Below, in pieces: positions 49,140 to 62,766 of a DNA stretch of 64,000 bases. The notes under the pieces were generated by a model. That model saw only the letters and a program-made list of their open reading frames with translations, did not search any database and was not told the DNA's origin. The translations under genes were made by a program, and so were the position numbers. Numbering within the stretch: position 1 is the stretch's first letter; each line of letters begins with the position of its first letter. Source of the stretch: Octopus sinensis (Eukaryota); NCBI RefSeq assembly GCF_006345805.1, contig NC_043001.1, positions 42,656,001-42,720,000 of the forward strand. Direction: 5' to 3'.

Positions 49140-49760
49140 TTTTGCCCTCTTTACAATATTGGAAGTTAAGGTTTGTGGTAAGGATAATGAAGGTAATTTG
49201 AAAGTAGCTAGTAGAGTCAGAGATTGCTTTCTTGGGAATGAGGCACAATTTTACATGTTTCTAGATTGGCTTGACCTCTGTACAGAGTGAGTTTGGTGAG
49301 GATAGGAACTATTTCTTCAGTGTAATGAGAGAATACAACATCAAGATCTGGTGGATGTATCAGATGTGAAACATAGTTGCTGTCAAAACCAATAGAATTC
49401 CAACTATTTAGTTGATTGAAAAATACCAGTGGTTTTGGAAGGTTGTTAAGATTATGAGAAGTAGGTTACTTTGACTCTGATTTAGTAGGTGGAGGACAGT
49501 AGAGACTGATTATTGAGTAAAAGTTTGGTTTGGCACTCAGAAAGGTGTTAAAGTTGTTTTTGATTAAGAACAGAAGTCAGTGAAGATACTAATTGATGCA
49601 GGTAATTCAGAATAGCAAATAGAGTTTCAACCCAGTTCTGTTGGTGTTAGAGGTGTTCAGAAACCAAGAGGACTTGTATTTTGGAGTCAACAAAATCAGT
49701 AAAAGGTGAGCTGAGATAAATATCCTGTAATATCCCTAAAAGATTGAGATATAGTCGAAC
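49140..49760 (-). mobile_element. Highly degenerate LINE endonuclease/RT fragments
   Basis: KIQVLLVSE, ISLYCPP and CLIPKK..SD.TSY-like motifs in broken frames. Confidence 0.35.
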
Positions 49761-52700
49761 AACTATTGATGGTTGGGGATGTAGAGACAGCAGATGAAAA
49801 TTTAAGGTTAGGAAAGAGATATACAGGCCAGATCAACTGAGATTCTTTGTATATGTCCAGATGGAAGAGCGGATTCCCTGTAAGTGCAGACACCACTTTT
49901 GAGCAAGAAATTAGAATACATCATGCATCCTGGACAAATAAGACTTGTCTTTGTGCAATAATAGGAGTTGATGAATGGGAACAATGTTTAATCGAAATCA
50001 GTGGATTTTAGTGTAGAGAAGGGAGATTCTCTACAGAGTTAATCAGATTTATTCTTGTTCTTTTACAATTTTTCATAGTTTTGAAAGTAAATCATTTTTT
50101 TCCAGCTTTTTATTAGGCTCAAAGTTAATTTAGTGACTTTGGGTGAAGATTGGTGGTAATGTAGAGACTGTCAAAATGCTGTACTTTGATTTCCTTAGGA
50201 CTTATTGAAAGAAGTTAGCAAATCAGCAAAGTATGGATTACATAATTTGATGTAATTTGCAATATAAATTATACTTTTTCCATATGAATCTAGTCTTTAA
50301 ATCTAAGTATTTCAGTTTGAAAATGTAAGTTACTGCTTATCTATTGAGGACACTATATGAATGATTTTCATGTACATTTTGACAGAAGAATGTTTATTTT
50401 TCATACCTTAGTTTCTGTATTAAGTGGATTTGTTGTATTTGTAGTTTATTCTGTAAATTATTTTGTTCATAAATCGTTCTCTTCTTTATTTGTTAATGGT
50501 TGCTTCTGGTAAATGTTTCAATACTGCCACATCCAGTCATTGCAGTTTTAAGAAATATTATCTAGCATGTTACATGTGGCTAGCTGTCTGGACCAGTCCA
50601 TTATCTCATAATTTATGTTTTCCAATGATTTTCTGATAAATAGAACAACGGTGGTAGTGTATTTATGATGTTTTTTTTTGCATTAAACTTTTCTTTTGAC
50701 AATTCACTTCACTGACAAATACATTCATATTACTAAAAGATATTTACTCGTGCAATATAAAAATCTTTCCATAAAACCTTAATCTTATCAAAGTAACACA
50801 TCTAATAAAAGAAAACTTTGTAGTTTCAGACATAATTACAACCATCATTAGTTCTGGTGCATGAAATTGGAATATTTCAGCTGCCATATACTCCTGAATA
50901 AAGAACAAAAATATAAGGGAAAGTTTAATAATTTAAAACATATCTTAATTATTTGTCATCATGCTGTTCAGAACCATTTATTTTTTTTTTCCTTTTCTGT
51001 CTTGGCTGAACCTATACCTTCATATGATTTCTAGCCACTCACAAATGATGAGAAGGTCTCTAATTGCATTGGCACTGCACTGATTAACATTATTATGCAA
51101 AAAAAGTTGCAGTATTTTAATTAGCATACAGCTCTTTACCAAACTTCTATACAACAAATCTCTCTCTCTCTGGTATGTGTCAGTGTTTACTACATGAATT
51201 TTGCTTTGTTTCCATCTGCATTGTGAAGAAAATAGATTTTCCCTTTTCTATTGTTTGCTGATTCTTTTTTTATTAACTGAAATTGACGGTGGTGATTATT
51301 ATCGTTATTTAAACAAAATATATTAAAATTATTCTATTGAGAGCTTCTTACAATATCAATTTAACCTTGTAACTTATAAATATTTCCATTTATGAAACTG
51401 CATCACTGTCCTCACTATTGTCATCAAGTCTGCCTTGCAGATTTGTTTAACCCATACTAAAGCAGAAAATAGACATTTAAGCAATGATCAGGATCACAAG
51501 AGAAAAGAAACTCTCACTAAACCTCTCTCTAATGTCTAGTTCTTATGGTTCTGTAATAATGCATCCTTTTATTCATCATGTTCCTGTATCATTTCATAAG
51601 TGGAGCCAAATGTTGTCCTGATTAGAGCTTTCATGCCTTTTCTTGATTTTGAGTAGCTTTCACCACCATATTGTAGCATTCCTTTATACAAAAATAATGT
51701 CTAAAAGTATTTCAAATGTTTTCATTTAAGAATATTGATGGAATAATTTTTAAAATGCTGTTACCATTGTGAACTACCTTCCGACATTATTTATGTGAAT
51801 TTGAAAATTTTAGTTTCCTATTGTTGTATCATCTTTATCTTCTAATAGTGCTTTTAGAATTCCATATTCTTATCTTTCATACTCATCATCATTTTACATC
51901 CATTTTCCCATGCTGGCATGGGTAGAAGAGATCTTGGCACATCTTTTTATTTGTCTGCAATTGTTGTTATCTGGCATAAACAGTATCAGAGAAACAGGCA
52001 TCTTCAGTATTGTATGTGTGTTCTGTTTATGGTTTTGTTGTTAGTGACTCTTTCTATTATTCACCACTTCTTAGTGTGAACTGAGTGCTTTCCTTCACTT
52101 ACACCTTTCATCTGAGTTCCACTATGACATTTAAATTTAATTTTAAACAGTACAGATTTCTTAATTTCTATTTCTCAACTAAATTGCTTGTCTCTGAATT
52201 GCTCTAATTATATGGTATTATTTACTTCAAATAAATAGTTTTCCTCCACCAACACAAAATAAAATTTATGTTTGATTAAGTTTACCTATAGCATAGGTAA
52301 AATCAGTTGGAGGATTATCATAACCCACAAACCAGATGGTTATTATTTCACTGTTTATGTTGGTAGATTATTAGTTGTTTCATTTCTATCAAAGGACTGA
52401 AAAAATGTTAACCCTTGTATTATAGTATTTGCAGTATAACCAAGCCATTCCGCTTTTAAATGATGGGTGTTTTATTTTGTTAATCCAACCCTTTGGTTTA
52501 ACATTTTAACTACTGCTTCTTTTAGAAATAAACTCTCAGCGTATGTCTATTTATTCACACACAAAGACATGCTTTATGAGACACGTCTTCTGCTGGATAG
52601 CAAGCATAATAATATATAACTGTGAAATACAAGTAGGCATGCTGATGACCTACAGTGACAAGAAACAAATGAGTTGAACAAAATCTGTTGAATATGAACT

Positions 52701-55700
52701 GTTAACATATAAATTAACTATGTGTGTGTTGATAAAGTGGCTAGTCACTGAAGAATTGGTTAATCTATACCTAAGAGTTAATGGTGTTCATATGGACAGA
52801 TAATATAAATCAAGATTATGTTTGAAGTGATAAATCTACCAATATTTTGTTGTGGCAGATGAGGTGTTCACATGGTAAAGATAGGAAAAATGAGTATTAG
52901 GTAAGTGATAATTAGATCATATCTGAGAAACCTGTTTAAGCCATGCTGGCATGAAAAGAAAATATTAAGCTAATAATGATAATGATTCCTCATTTGTTAA
53001 CATATTGACCTAATTATTAAAACTCGGAACTGTAGTTCAAATACTTATAGGAAATCAAAAGGAGTGTTTGTAGAGATAACAGCAATGATATATCCTTAAA
53101 TGCTTAAAATATATATATATTTTCCTTTTGTTTCTAACATGCTAACAGAGAATAAGTCTCTTTTATTCTTGTTGGTTGAATGTTTCAATAAGCATGTTAT
53201 TTCTGAGTGCAGATTTGAAAGCATATATAATTCACTATGGAACATAGCCAGTTTTAATTTATCATATCAATAAAGGCAGAGTTTTAATAAAAGTGTTTGT
53301 AATAATGTATATGCATAAGTTTGTGTTTGTAAAGTCAAAATGTTTACAAACAGATAATGGACAGAAACAAATAGAAAATTTTTTTTAAATGGACAGATGT
53401 TATTCTCTCTGGACAATGTCAAAGTAGAAGAGTTAACAGCTGACATGAGTGTGAAAGGACACAACTTACCCATAAGCTGCTAGTGATAGCTAAAAGAGAG
53501 TAAGAGAATGGTAGCAGTTTTGCTTCTTTTTAAATAACCAAAAATGACTTACAGGCTACTTGTCTTTGGTTAAAATAACACTGATGATGATAGTGAAACT
53601 AAGATGTCATTTTTAAATAACTCACACACACTTAAATTATTTTTAAGCCCAGGGCTTTGAATATAACTACTACAATTATTTATATAACTATCACAAAATT
53701 AAGACAAAACTAGCTTTAACATGTAAAACTTATTGAATTGGGGACTTATATGAAAGGAAACAACTTATGTGAAAACTTTAGTTTTAAGTTACCTCAATTA
53801 TGTTGAATGAATTATTGGAAAACTGCATATTGAAGGATCATTGTTTGGCTTTATTGGTCGATATTCAAAACCATTTTTGTTATAGGTAACATTGGCACAA
53901 TCTCTCTTAGGGATCAAAAGATTCTTCAGTTGAATATATGCATCTAATTTTATTTGACTACAAGTAAACTTATCTTAATGATTACAAGGTTTATCTTAAT
54001 GATTACTGTGTTCTGTGTTTCAATATTTCTATACTGTAATGGAGAAAGCTGCTTATTAATTGGAATTATGTAACTTTTAGTGAAAAAAAAAAAGCAGTTA
54101 TTAAAGGTTAGATTGTTTGGAAAATTCTTATAAATTCCAGTTTTAATGTGTTTTTATCAAAATGCAGTTTTGAAGATGTTTTTTATTGAATATTTCAAGT
54201 GCCCACTCCAGTCACAAATCTTATTCAGTACAACATTTAAAATTAACTTCAGGGTAGTTTAGTATCTGTTTATACTTCTGGAAATATAAAGGTTACCGAA
54301 ATATTTGTGATGCTACTTTAATCTAGGGTATTGTTGGAGAAATAGAAAACTGAATAAAAAACTGGTTTTAATTTACTTACATCAACTGAACATAATTACA
54401 AAAGTGTACCCCTTTACCTACCAATTTTGTCTCGTAACTTTTCAGGAAAACTGGTATTTTTATGTTGTGTCTTGGGAGAGTCATTCTCTTTTAATGCCTT
54501 ATAATTTAACACACTCACCAATAAAATTTCCACTCATTTTCTATAAATATCTTTCAAATGGTGTAGATTATATTGGAATTTAATGTTGAATAAAAACAAA
54601 ATGAGGAGAGGGATATTTCATGCATCTTGAGTTTGTTTTCTTCATACATTTTGATGATTTTATTACAATTATGTTGAAGAAAATTACTTTTAGGACTATT
54701 CTGCCATTTCCTGGAAATTCTCTGAAAGAAATCTTTGTACAAAGAGAAATACAGTACTAACACTAGTTATTGAATATATATATGTATATCTTTCATTATT
54801 TTATTGCAATCTTAATCTCTTTTCTTTATACAAACTCAAAGGTAGTACATTCTTATGTGGTCATTTAGTATGTTAGAAATAGCAAGGATCACATGGGTCT
54901 CAGAAGTAACTTTTTTTCAACATAATTGTTGTTAAATTGTTAAAATGATGAGGAAACTAAGTCAAGATTCATGAAATATCCATCCCTCCTACCATATTAG
55001 AATTTTTTTATACAATCCTAATGTAAACCACCCGAAGGTTATTTGATGAAAATTCACTAAAAAGTACCCATTTTTCTGTAAGTTATGAGGAAGCAAAATT
55101 GAGACATGTGAATTATCCAAAGCACTTCTCCCCAAAAGTTTTTCACCACAAATTCCAATATAATCATATTGTACATTATCTGAAAGGTATATGTAGAAAC
55201 TTTCATTAATAAGTATCCATTTTTTCAGAAACTTATGTGGAGACAAATTTGGCAGGTCACATATCTGTAGTTATGCCCTAAATTTACTGAGTATTTCTTA
55301 AACTGTTAGCTTCACATTTCAACAGCTTAGCTGAAATTTAGCCCATGTAACAGAAACTGAGAGGGAAGATATTGTGGAGAAGAGAAACTGTGGGTGATAC
55401 AGATAATTTAACGTTATTTTTGAAGTTTGCATGCAAAAACTTATACGATACAGGTATTTTCCTCGGAACAAATTCTTTGTTGACCAGTGTTATTCTTAGC
55501 ATAGTTTACAAATCCAAGCACGAAAATGTTACTCAACTTTGGAGTTTTGGAGACAGACGCCCCTTTTCACACACACACATACATGCACTTATATATTAAT
55601 GATGTACACAAATACATGACAGGTATACATAATACTGAAATACGCATAAAGTAAACATGTGCAGACAAATATATTAATTCAAGTAATTAAAAAAATAATT

Positions 55701-56904
55701 AAAAAATACAATCAGTGAAGAGACAAAAGAAACAATAAGATGATACATGTTGATTTTATTAGGTATCTCTGTTTATTTAGAAACCTACAACTAAACTAAA
55801 CTATAAATTTTGCAGGGTACAACATTAAAGTTGACACCATTCTGCTAAACGCAGAAAATTTCTGTCTCACTAATGGTTAAAAATACTCAGTTTTTTCGAT
55901 TTCCAAACCTCTGTAACTTTTTCTCCACAACATCATACCTTCAAAGCAGTGAGACCGGAAGGCTACATTATTATAGCTGATTTTCAGATTTTTTACTTCC
56001 TTTTCAAAAATGCATATTTTGTGAATGAAAAAAACTAGATCCGATATTGTATTTAGATACAAGATGTTAACATCTTTCTATATATACAGTGTCTGCTAAA
56101 GTCTATTGGTATATTCTATAATACAGTATAGTATAGTAAAACACTGTTACTACCTCATTAATTAATTGATTGAATTAACTGCCATGAATGTATTATTTAT
56201 GTGAATTGGTCTATCTGCTCTACTTAATCTTTTAATTATAGTGGGATTATAAGTAGTCTTTATTAACATTTAAAGAGAGTACTTGGTTGCTAATGGAAAC
56301 CCAACACAAGATTAAATCCAGCTAGTCCCTCATTTTGTGTTCATCAATAAATCCTATGTGAAAACAAATATATCTGTTTGTACATAAGTGTTGGCTAAAA
56401 CGTAATAGTGCCTGTCAGTTCAAGCTGTTGATGATAGTTAATATTTTTCATCAATTGAAATCTGAGTACACTTATTTATTGTACTCTTATAATGACAATC
56501 ATAATCTTAATGTTATCTTCTAGTATATCTGAAATTTATATGTGACCTGACACAATATTGTCTACAGTTTTTTTAGTATGAAACATTCAAAGTATAAATT
56601 CTAAAAGTTCTTTAGAGTAGTCTATTAATTATCTGTTCAAAGAGCAATAAAGAAGCATGGATAATTGAGTGTAAGTCAAAATGCTATACTGCATTTACTT
56701 CCTTTACGTTCTGCATTCAAATCCTGCACGAGATAACGTTGTTATTTACTGTTCCAGGGTTGGTAAAATAGCTACCAGACAAGAATTGGAGTTGATTCAA
56801 TCAACTCTATTTTTCTATTAACTTAAAACCATGTATCAAAAATATTGCTTATTCAAAAATAAACTATTGGTTGTATAATTTATTCATTATCAAATTGGAT
56901 AGTT

Positions 56905-57355
56905 TTGTTTTTTATTGGTTTCAGTCATTGATCTGTGGCCATGTTGGTGTACTACCTTCCAGTCAATCATATCAATTGTAGTACTTATATCAGTTTGGTA
57001 CTTATTGCCTTTTGTTTGTTGAACCACTAAGTCATCATCATCATCATCATCATCATCGTTTAATGTTCACTTTCATTGCTGATATAGGTTTTACCAAGTC
57101 ACAGAATGTAAAAGGATGCAATATAAGCAATACTATTTTTTAGAAAAATGAAAATATAAACACAGAAACCCTCCCATCCACACATAGTATATAAAATAGG
57201 CTTCTGCACATTTTTCATATAGCAAATTCCATTGACAAGATATTGTTCAATTCAAAGATATAATTGAAGACATTTACTCAGATGCTGCACACTAGGATTG
57301 AACCAAGAGCCATGTACTTGTGAAGCAAACTACTTAACTATATATCTATGCCTGT
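56905..57355 (-). mobile_element. Decayed microsatellite-containing SINE pieces (tail ~56905-57030, head ~57190-57355) around a short RTE tail
   Basis: TTTCAGTCATTGATCTGTGGCCATG...; (CAT)n CGTTTAATG; GAAGCAAACTACTTAAC. Confidence 0.55.
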
Positions 57356-57499
57356 GCTTATTTTAATGATTGTTTATTTAGAAATTGTTATATCATTATC
57401 TTAATCTGTTTCATATCAATTTTCAGAGTTTTTTGTTTAACCAACAACTTAATGCCACTAAATAAGAGATATGCTTAAAATTATTAATTTTTGAAAGTA

Positions 57500-58759
57500 T
57501 TGGGTTATCCCATAAATAATGCAGTTTTTTCAATTTCATGAACTAAAAGTCAGAGGGGGACAGGAACTACCTGCATCAACTTGCTATAAAAGCAGGTAGT
57601 AATTTTACTTTGTCCTTATTCTTAGTACAAGTTTTGAAGAGTGCAGTTCAATTTTAACAGTTATTTTTTCAAAGCTATAATGGAAGTGACAAAGTTGCAT
57701 ATTTGGCATATTTTGCTTTATGAGTTCAATAAAGGCAACAATGCAATGGAAAGTGTGAGAAATGTTAATGCAGTATATGGGGATCAGACAATAAACGTAA
57801 GTCAGTGTCAGTGGTGGTTCCAGAAATTCTGAACTGGAAACTACAGCCTAGAAGACCAACCTCATTCTGGAAGATCGGTAGAGCTCAAGGAATACGTTTT
57901 CAAACCCTGGTGGAACAAAATCCCATCATAACTGTTAAGGAACTAGCAGAAAAGCTTGGATTTGGTCATTCAACCATTCATTGGAGAAGTCAGTAAATTG
58001 GGTCAATGTATTCCTCACAAACTTTCCGAGTCTAATCGCATGCCAAGAGTGAATGTGTCCTCTTTTTTGCTGTCACATCTCATGAATGAATCTTTTTTGG
58101 ACTAAATAGTGGCAGGTGATAAGAAATGGGTTCTCTATAAAAATGTCAAACACCGAAGACAGTGGGTAGGGAAAGGAGAAACACTGGCACCCCAGGCTAA
58201 AGAAGGTCTTCACCTGCGTAAAGTGTTATCTGTTTGGTGGGATATGAAAAATTTAGTCCACTTTGAACTTTTAAACCCAAACCAAACAACAACAAAAATC
58301 TACTGCAAGCAGCTTGAGTCACTTCAGTCAGTGTTAGAAGAAAAACAACCATCTTTGTTTTCAAGACAAAAGGTGTTCTTCCATCAGGATAATGCTCAGC
58401 CACATACAGTGAAGGTGACATTCCAAAGGCTGGAGTAGTTTGAATGGGAAATGATGCCCCACCCACCATATTCACTGGACATTGCTCCATCTGATTATCA
58501 TTTATTCTGCAGTCTTCAAAATCATTTGGACAGAAAAAATATGAATTCTGTAGACAAGGTCAGAACAGTACTGGAGGATATTTTTCGTCATGGATAAGTG
58601 AATTTTGGAAGAGGAGCCTTGCAAGTCTATGAGGTAGATGGAAGAGCATTGTAGAAAATGAAAGAGAATATATTTTAGATTAAAAAAGAAATTTGTTTAT
58701 CTTAATTTTGAAAAATAAAAGAAGTATTAAAAGAATGCATTATTTATGGGATAACCCAA
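57500..58759 (+). mobile_element. Full-length (1260 bp) defective mariner, D,D34D type
   Basis: Perfect 24-bp TIRs TTGGGTTATCCCATAAATAATGCA, flanked by TA (left) and TC (right). Transposase from ATG 57680: GDKKWVLY, HQDNAQPH, PHPPYSLDIAPSDYHLF; frameshifts and stops. Confidence 0.97.
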
Positions 58760-59242
58760 TCTATAAAGTCTAAATAACCATTCTACAATTTAAACTGTAG
58801 AGATTTAAATTTCTGTTCAAGGAATATGTATTGTGTATAATTCTCTGGTTTCTTCATCATTGCATTTGGTGTGTGAGAAGCTGTTTGTTTATGAGAAAAA
58901 GGTAGAGAATGTTTGAGAATAAGCTATAGTTATATTAAGATCATAACTAAAATTCTTTACCTAGTGATAGTGCGTCAGTACTAATCAGTTAAAAATTACA
59001 GCAGTGCAATTTGGTATGTTGGAAACTATAACATTCTGGGCAAGCCTTTTGCTGAATATGTTAGTTTTATTACAATTGAGGTTGTGTATGTCCAGAAGAC
59101 AACTGCTTCTATTACATTCACTAGTATTGTTGTTGCTAATGTATCTCACAAGCGGCAGCTGGCAGTGATACAAGGCTGTTGTTGCTAGTGCTGCTACTAT
59201 TATTATTACTACTGCTTCTAATATTACCTCTTATCTTAATGT

Positions 59243-59451
59243 GGTGAGCTGGAGAATCATAGCATATGAAACAAAATGCTTAACAGCCTTTTGTCCATCT
59301 CTTTGTTCTGAGTTCTAATTTTGCCAAGGTTGATTTTGCCTTTCATTCTTTCAGGGTCAATAAAATAAGTACCAGTTGAACACTGGGGTTGATGCTATTG
59401 ACTTATCCCCTCTCCCCAAAATTGCTGGCCTTGTACCAAAATTTGAAATCA
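59243..59451 (+). mobile_element. SINE of the 47759 family, variant 3' end
   Basis: GGTGAGCTGGAGAATC...TTCTGAGTTC...CCTTTCATTCTTTCAGGGTC..TAAAATAAGTACCAGTTGAACACTGGGG. Confidence 0.8.
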
Positions 59452-59899
59452 ATATTACTACTAAACTTAGAATATTTGAATATCTCAATGCCTTGCTCAT
59501 TGTTATCATTCTGGAAAATCTCAATTGATGCTCTAGTTTTACTTCTTGGATGAAGAGATATCCTTTGACCTATATCACTAATATCTTTTAGAACTCATCA
59601 TCATCATCGGGAAATTATAATTTTATACTTATAAATTTGACCTAAATTCATAAATGTTAGCATACAGATCAAACTGAATACATCTGATATACAAACTTTC
59701 CAATAAGGGATACATGTCTGTTATGTTCCAATATGAAATGGTGTCATGCAAAAGAGAGACAGCAAAATAATAGCAGGAGATATGAATTCTAGAGTTAGTA
59801 GTCTAATTCATTCAACTAGCAATCTAATTTATTTCAATTCATCCACCAATTGAGAATAGTTGCTAAGATTGATGAAATCATTTTGAAGCTTCGTGCCTG

Positions 59900-60620
59900 C
59901 TTAGAATAACAAAAGAAAACAACATTGTAAGCGCAAAATGCTTGACATACATTGCTTCCACAAACAGTGACCTTGAGAGTATTCTTTAGTTGTAACACGA
60001 CTGTCTAGTCTCTTTTAACATTATTAACAATAATTAATATCAAAGAAACAGTCATATATTCACTCTCTTTAAGCAACATAAAGCTAAAACTTTCACAATT
60101 GCTACAAATATATACCTCATGTTTTCTGACCCTCATGTTGGTTCCACATATGTAACATTGCCTAAACTGTATCATAAAGTCCAGAATTCTTCTTCTGAGT
60201 TAGAAAATACTTCAACTCTGATTGGATGATGACTATCTGCAAAGCTCAAGAAATACTCACATTGCAGTTACTGACATTTTAAATTACATCCAAAAGAAAG
60301 TTTACCATCTGATTGGAAATTATTCACTACTAACATGCTTCAACTATTAGCTGACAGAACTGAAATTTCTACTCTTTACTTCTTTTGCCATTTCTACATT
60401 GGCCTCTGCTCTCTTGAAATAATAATTATTTGAATACTCTCTCCACACAGGCTCACCCAATTCATCCTTCAATCCTCATACTACTATTTTTGTTATTTAA
60501 TCTCCTAAATCTCATGAAACACTTTACTCAATCCTTTCTGCCCAGAACTGTAACATTCTAGAATTCGCTTTTTACCCACACTTTTCCTGCAAATATTGCT
60601 TTTATAGCGGGGTTTTTATG
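59900..60620 (+). mobile_element. Degenerate CR1/L2-like LINE 3' end
   Basis: HFYIGLCSLE and QSFLPRT..F*NS...FPAN remnants typical of the RT C-terminal tail. Confidence 0.5.
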
Positions 60621-61670
60621 GTTGCTGTTAGTGTAACACTACTTTTATATGTTTCCTATTTGGAAATGGATAAATATATTTTACTTTTGAAGCAGGGATA
60701 TATATTGATAAACCCATCACTTATAACTTGCTTATAAATGTTATCATTATACGTAAATCCTGACTCCAGCTACATAAACACCATAACGAGAAATATATTT
60801 TCTGAAACGCTAACAGACATTTTATGCGTGCATGTATGTTGAATATAAATAATTTCATGTTCTTTTAACCGCTATAAAAAAAATACAGTTTTATAATTAC
60901 AGAAATACATTTCATTAATAAGTTGAAGAACGTGAAGAAAGAGAAAATAATTACTACATTATTTTATTTATGTACATTTAGCATTTTTGATATTTATAAT
61001 ACAATTTGAAGTAAAGTAATTTTGTCGTAGAGAATTACGACTTGAAATTTACACTAATTCTTCATATTAACTTTATAAATCTCAACAATTCAAATAAGTA
61101 TTGTTGGATTTTTCATAGATATGGCATAAAAAATAACCAATGTCTCAAAGGAGTGAGTGTTGCGGAGTTTAGTAACATCCCACAAACACTAAAGTTTTCC
61201 CCAAAATCCAGGGTTTTTATAACTGCTCAACTCGACTTTAAAGAATTGAAATCACATAAAAATATTCTTTAACTAATTTTTAGAATTCCTATCTGAGCAG
61301 TTATTTCAACCAATGGGAAAATGTCAGTCATATTTCTTCGGCAATACGACATTATGTCATATTGCCATCTTCCACAAATTGGCAGTACTATTTGAAAATG
61401 GCTACACGCTACACTCTGCATATGTTTAAGCTGAGTGTCAACTGTCCTAATCTCATGGACATAAGGCCTCTCACCTCACTAACTTATAAATAAAAGTTCC
61501 AAGGATCACCAGGAGTATTTATTCAACTCAATAGCATATAAATATTCACAACTATTCTAAAAAGTTCTCTTTGGATAATTCTATTTCATGTTCTTCTTTT
61601 TGCTTCTTACCCTAAAAAAAAAAATTTTTTTAAATATCATGATACATTAAATTTTTTTTTTTTTTTTAGC

Positions 61671-62174
61671 ATGCCACTAGTGACTGGCATCATACTGATC
61701 TGCCTACAATGGAGTTTCTATGTGATGCCCTGTTCTACCAGACCTCTAATTTTCAGCAAACGAACAATTTCTTCCCTCATATCACTCACAGACTATGAAG
61801 AGACATTGCTATGGGCAGTGAAGCTCCGAAAACCTTACTGGGGTTTTGTCTCAAATTTTAGTGATGCTTTTAAACAGTTAACCAATGACATATCTCTGGT
61901 GCTGCTTCACCAAATAGGTGACATAGATGCTCATTACCTATTTGCCTATCAACCTCCAGAACATCAAGGTGCTGTAAATTATTCTGTAGGCTTCTTTCAT
62001 AAAAAGCATTTGGATTTGCATAAGGATCTCTTCAGAAAGACTCAGGAAATAGTTGAATTAAAACTAGACAAACATCACTATGTCGAATCATACAGCCGAG
62101 AAATAATCCGTAAACGGCATAAACGGTGGGAAGTTAGATTTTCAGATGAAGAATTTCCGAATCAATGGCACTTG
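61671..62174 (+). CDS. PCSK7: Proprotein convertase subtilisin/kexin type 7-like, first coding exon (signal peptide, prodomain, start of catalytic domain); gene continues beyond the window
   Basis: Acceptor (T)nAG|C ATG; signal peptide MPLVTGIILICLQWSFYVMPCST; prodomain WAVKL...QIGDIDAHYLF; RHKR cleavage motif; F.D..FPNQWHL|GTAAGT matches PC7 RAKRSVHFNDPKYPQQWHL. The ORF-track tail past 62174 is intron read-through. Confidence 0.85.
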
Positions 62175-62766
62175 GTAAGTGTTATTTTGATTGTATTCAT
62201 TTATTTATTCATTTTTAATTTCTCATCTGCTACAATCACCATTGTGACTGGTTTGGTACTAAAGAACCTTGATGAAAAATATGGCAACAAAAGATAAGTC
62301 ACGCAAAGACTGACTGTTATTTAAATGCTTTGTTTCAGATGAATACTAGTAGTTAATTGTCACAGTTACATTATTAGTAGTGAGAACTATTTTACAGAGA
62401 TTGGAAAACATTCAATCATTAATAGCTTGCCCATCACTATTGTCTCACATTACTCATGGTGAAAGTTGCAAGCAAATTAATAATATAAAAAAGTAAAGAT
62501 ATTTATAGAAATTTGAAACCTGAGAAATCTAAAAGGGTGAATGGAATGAAAAAAAAAGTCAGTTACTTATATGCAATTTAATTCAGTTTGTTGCCTACAT
62601 GTGTCAGTTTTTAACTCATGTAATACACAAGCTAGGAGTGGTCTACTAATCCTTGTAGTGGATGGGGGAACAGTAGTATCAAATAATATATGCTTTGAAG
62701 CATGGCAATCTGTCTCTCACATAACCAAATGCAATATCATTCAACCATGGTAATGGTTGAATATAT

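Noticed and set aside
54600-55880. Plus-strand exon-like open frames (54605-54760, 55083-55186, 55350-55453, 55816-55874)
   Set aside because: No recognisable homology, one implied intron is only ~43 nt, and similar signals arise by chance in AT-rich DNA.
62175-62297. Hydrophobic C-terminal tail of the 208-aa ORF read as a transmembrane helix
   Set aside because: It lies after a canonical GTAAGT donor at the conserved QWHL boundary, so it is intron read-through.
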